This document shows, piece after piece, positions 24,901 to 26,955 of a stretch of 26,955 nucleotides of DNA; position 1 is the first letter of the stretch; each line of letters starts with the position of its first letter. Made by a program: the position numbers and the translations under genes. This stretch comes from a virus. Taxonomy: Duplodnaviria > Caudoviricetes. The stretch lies in IMG/VR virus record IMGVR_UViG_3300033562_000275, positions 1 through 26,955 of that record, one strand, 5' to 3'. The notes under the pieces were generated by a model. That model did not search any database. It was not told where the DNA came from and was given only the letters and a program-made list of their open reading frames with translations.

Positions 24901-26955
24901 ATCCTAATAACAGTGTATTTATAGAAACTGCCGGTAAATGGTTACATAACGGTATAGAAGTTAAATTTGATAGTGCCAGTATTACCGGTTATATAGATCA
25001 ATCTGTATTCGCAACAAAGAATTATGTAGATACTGGTTTTCTTAAATCTAATGGAGGTGTAATTGGTGGAGATTTAACTATACAAGGTAATCTTTATTTG
25101 CAAGGTACTGGTAAGTATCTTGTTACAGAAGAGGTGCTTTCTGAAAATGATTTTGTTACACTTCGTGCTAATAATCCTATAAATCTTCCAGATGGAGTTT
25201 TTACAGGGTTTAAAGGTTTACGAGTATATCCTAATGGAGATAGTGCGTATCTAGTTTATGGTAATGATGGTATGGCTAGAGTTGGTAAATCTACTAGTTT
25301 GCAGGTATTAGCTACTAGAGAAGATAATCCTACAAATGGCGGTATAGCTGTATGGTCTACTGCCAATAAACGATTTGAAGCTACAAATACTATTAATAAT
25401 ATAACGGTTATTGGTAATATAATTACAAATGGAACTATGACCGTTACCGGAGAAAGTATATATAATAAATACGAAGGTAATCAATTTAAACTTGCTACTA
25501 GAAGTAGTACCGTTTATTTACAATCTAATAATAAATTTGATATTACCGGTGAAGGGGGTGTTATATTACCTAATGGTGTTGATTTTTATACAAATGTTGA
25601 TAATGTTCGTATAAATGGTAATAAAGTTTATAATGTTGGTAATTTAAACCGTAGCGATACTGATTTTACTGCTAGAAAATTCACTACTTATGGAAGTTCT
25701 ATTTTTAATCATATGCAACCTATTTGGTTTAGGACTGGTTCCGATGATTGGAAAGGTGGTGCAATTTGGGATAATGGTGGCAATGAGACTTTACTGTTTG
25801 CCGCCATTAATGCAAGAACTACATTTAAGTTTAAATCTAATTTTGATTTAAGTACTATTAATGCAGTTGGTATTGCTACTAATATAACTACTTCCGATTT
25901 AGAAATAGGAGCGGGTGTTGTAAAGTTTGGTGGTTTAGCTCAATCTAATATCTTTACAGGTGCTGGCTTCACCGCTACCGGCTGGGGAATTACCAATGAC
26001 GGGGATGCCAACTTCCGCAACCATATCGTTCGGGGGAAGCTCACAACTTACGAACTTGTGCAAAATAAGATAAGCATTGTCAACGGCAATATGATTGTTA
26101 GCGATAATGCTAAGTGTACAAGTGTTGCTAAAGAAACTGGTGGTGGTAATCACGTAGCATTTTATTTTAGTGAACCTCATCCATTTAAGGCTGGTGATGT
26201 GTTAAGATGTAAAACGGCTGGTAAAGATTATACTTTTCAAGTAGGTTGGAGTGATGATAATGGTTTATCATTGGCAACATGGAATGATACCTTATATAAC
26301 AGTAACCTCGCTACCAATGGGGATTTCCTAGTTCGTTGGAACTCTACAGATGCTGCTCGTAAAGGTCTTCTCTACCTTTGCTCTAGTGATGCTGGTAGTC
26401 CCAACTATCAGGTGATCTACGATGGTCAGGTTAAGGCTCAGTTTGGTAACCTCGAAGGTCGTGCGTGGAATGGAGGTACGCTACCTGCAAATACATGGGG
26501 TAGCTGGGCTGAGAATGGATACTTTACTGGAGCTATTAATGCTACGAGTGGTAATATCGGAGGATTTAAAATAGTTGGTGACTCTATAGATAGTGTTGAT
26601 GCTAATGGAACTATACGGATTCATTCGGGTGTACAGTCTATTTTTATAAAAAAACCTACTGGTGGACATGTTATGCTCGGACAAACATACGTTAACGGAG
26701 TTTGGACGGGAAAGTACGGTTTTAGTGCTACTAATAGTAATAGTAAAGAACTTTTTCGCATAGATGATGAGGTATGCCGATTTGCTGGCGGTGCTATTTC
26801 GTTTACTGCTACCGATGTCACCTTTGCTGATAGCGTAAAGATGCAATGGCGAAGTGGTGGTAGGAATTTACTATATGATTCAAATAACTTTTCCCTATTT
26901 ATATTTCAGAACGGTTCTCTCGGTACTAAAAATAATACAAACCCTTATGGTATTA
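21969..26955 (+). CDS. large modular tail/tail-fibre protein, >1660 aa, 3' end beyond the window (not in the ORF track)
   Basis: Hand translation from ATG 21969 gives no stop to the window end; coiled-coil repeats, PTHPYYINDLY...DWVLASKYTDD, ATKNYVD..GG.I.GDLTI, GW.I...GDA.F...VRG.L..ELV.NKI, PFKAGDVLRC, FGNLEG and GGRNLL motifs typical of Bacteroidota phage tail proteins. Confidence 0.88.
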   Translation, partial: MNIIPISVDDANHSVGENILLTPVVDNNSFETDNSGNNINTIGVDNSTPIVFSSTPVADVIPISEYIATFDRLSGINAIKDDFNKDSGPYNEVSILNDFFASNQGAYMYLNDLANSVKGTFQYLSNIVKENDTLYASKFDLTAKGVTTLAQSVQYAQDYIDIKYTNWQLTANGIHTEIADSIAYNNGQMQTYMNTIVNTAKENTATITAKLFNDFNKSMTETYTTIKQYSDSISLFASKEVVDAIGLKVTQSSASLKVMADQISASVKQVDFSLLRGNLKGITDNQIVFNRDLLAVQNAASTAVANIAAINQLLLDNGIDTDITTSLGSELAAVTTAYNNLKNDFSTLTGVVTSQTSSITHLSDSITSKVDQTIFDLTKGVVTQQGSAITQLSTAISLKVSTTDFDIINKTVTDTKSSITILNNSISNKVDALVFNALSSTVSKHGTSITQLTDSITSKVGSTEYGANNTAISNRFSIVEQTASKWSLILNENGTAKASVLVDAINGGNVSIAASRVNISGDTLFSSAKYDPSKKIQNFNTLPTHPYYINDLYCDSTGIIWKCAKDSTIGYVTSDWVLASKYTDDTEALSKSTKFIGGIDPSVTWTTTIKKRAHLNDTWITDSLGGSANSEYTYYEVSADVYGWIRSKTSIDGGQIDTGLISADYINVASLFTKELTANNFNLKGKVGNFEVKKSLIGYGIDELTGMETGNRIIIDPDRNEIIFEAGGTKGIRITGDGLTPLAYLQSTGNTIYYTNGTEFLAGNSVVCSYNNVASNSNNIKVFNAGIKGNQPYISTSPADSISKISLGTVGKTLIYSINFPYQIKLKHNGATCDGRPYRLTGAVDIAVTVKLKGDAGTIATETELIHVNVDSGTTGDSYSFNRLERFNVQTTGVNSYYFEVIVNIVNPGGRLLRYQTFNHSTWASHSYWSEQYNEPITYEVTIDRNFSIDSSIGITEIAKNGLQSVWSASRYIRVDGNPNNSVFIETAGKWLHNGIEVKFDSASITGYIDQSVFATKNYVDTGFLKSNGGVIGGDLTIQGNLYLQGTGKYLVTEEVLSENDFVTLRANNPINLPDGVFTGFKGLRVYPNGDSAYLVYGNDGMARVGKSTSLQVLATREDNPTNGGIAVWSTANKRFEATNTINNITVIGNIITNGTMTVTGESIYNKYEGNQFKLATRSSTVYLQSNNKFDITGEGGVILPNGVDFYTNVDNVRINGNKVYNVGNLNRSDTDFTARKFTTYGSSIFNHMQPIWFRTGSDDWKGGAIWDNGGNETLLFAAINARTTFKFKSNFDLSTINAVGIATNITTSDLEIGAGVVKFGGLAQSNIFTGAGFTATGWGITNDGDANFRNHIVRGKLTTYELVQNKISIVNGNMIVSDNAKCTSVAKETGGGNHVAFYFSEPHPFKAGDVLRCKTAGKDYTFQVGWSDDNGLSLATWNDTLYNSNLATNGDFLVRWNSTDAARKGLLYLCSSDAGSPNYQVIYDGQVKAQFGNLEGRAWNGGTLPANTWGSWAENGYFTGAINATSGNIGGFKIVGDSIDSVDANGTIRIHSGVQSIFIKKPTGGHVMLGQTYVNGVWTGKYGFSATNSNSKELFRIDDEVCRFAGGAISFTATDVTFADSVKMQWRSGGRNLLYDSNNFSLFIFQNGSLGTKNNTNPYGI
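22780..22805. repeat. third copy of the CTACGGGGGAATC element, inside the tail gene
   Basis: 22784-22805 CTCCTTACTACGGGGGAATCTG is the exact reverse complement of 2562-2583; 25/26 over 22780-22805. Confidence 0.9.
23022..23381 (+). repeat. four tandem 30 aa (90 bp) degenerate repeats in the tail protein
   Basis: VTSQTSSITHLSDSITSKVDQTIFDLTKGV / VTQQGSAITQLSTAISLKVSTTDFDIINKT / VTDTKSSITILNNSISNKVDALVFNALSST / VSKHGTSITQLTDSITSKVGSTEYGANNTA. Confidence 0.85.

Noticed and set aside
22004-26846. Minus-strand track ORFs within the tail region
   Set aside because: Antisense shadows of the uninterrupted plus-strand tail gene
1-26955. Stop-codon reassignment (TAG or TGA), known in some crAss-like phages
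   Set aside because: Core genes are intact in code 11; TAG ends portal, MCP, spanin and the 21356 gene, and TGA ends the 4023 gene; coding density is high
21969-26955. Diversity-generating retroelement or shufflon in the tail gene
   Set aside because: No reverse transcriptase, invertase or adenine-variant repeat pair in the window; could still exist downstream

Overview
AT-rich fragment of a crAss-like bacteriophage genome (order Crassvirales; host probably Bacteroidota, judged from A-rich starts with no Shine-Dalgarno site), read in standard code 11. Positions 97-1923 carry small leftward genes, apparently including two pairs of tandem paralogues. A roughly 1.4 kb probably non-coding region (1924-3310) separates the divergent units. 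It holds G-runs, a G-free tract, a long hairpin bounded by CCCCCGTAGT/ACTACGGGGG inverted repeats, and a perfect palindrome with a C-GAA-G triloop. The rightward block encodes a GroES-like protein, an HU/IHF-like protein, a conserved crAss protein, a SEC-C zinc protein and a PD-(D/E)XK nuclease. A terminator-bracketed lysis cassette follows (YkuD-like endolysin, holin, u-spanin-like lipoprotein). After that come TerL, portal, a scaffold-like protein, the major capsid protein, conserved virion genes and a >1660 aa tail/fibre gene that runs off the window and is missing from the ORF track. Two signals stand out. A 22 bp GC-rich element is shared, in inverted orientation, between the intergenic hairpin and the inside of the tail gene 20 kb away. 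A recurrent TGCTATATTTAA candidate late promoter has one copy directly upstream of a short terminated leader in front of the lysis genes. Family assignments come from motif recall and synteny, not database searches.
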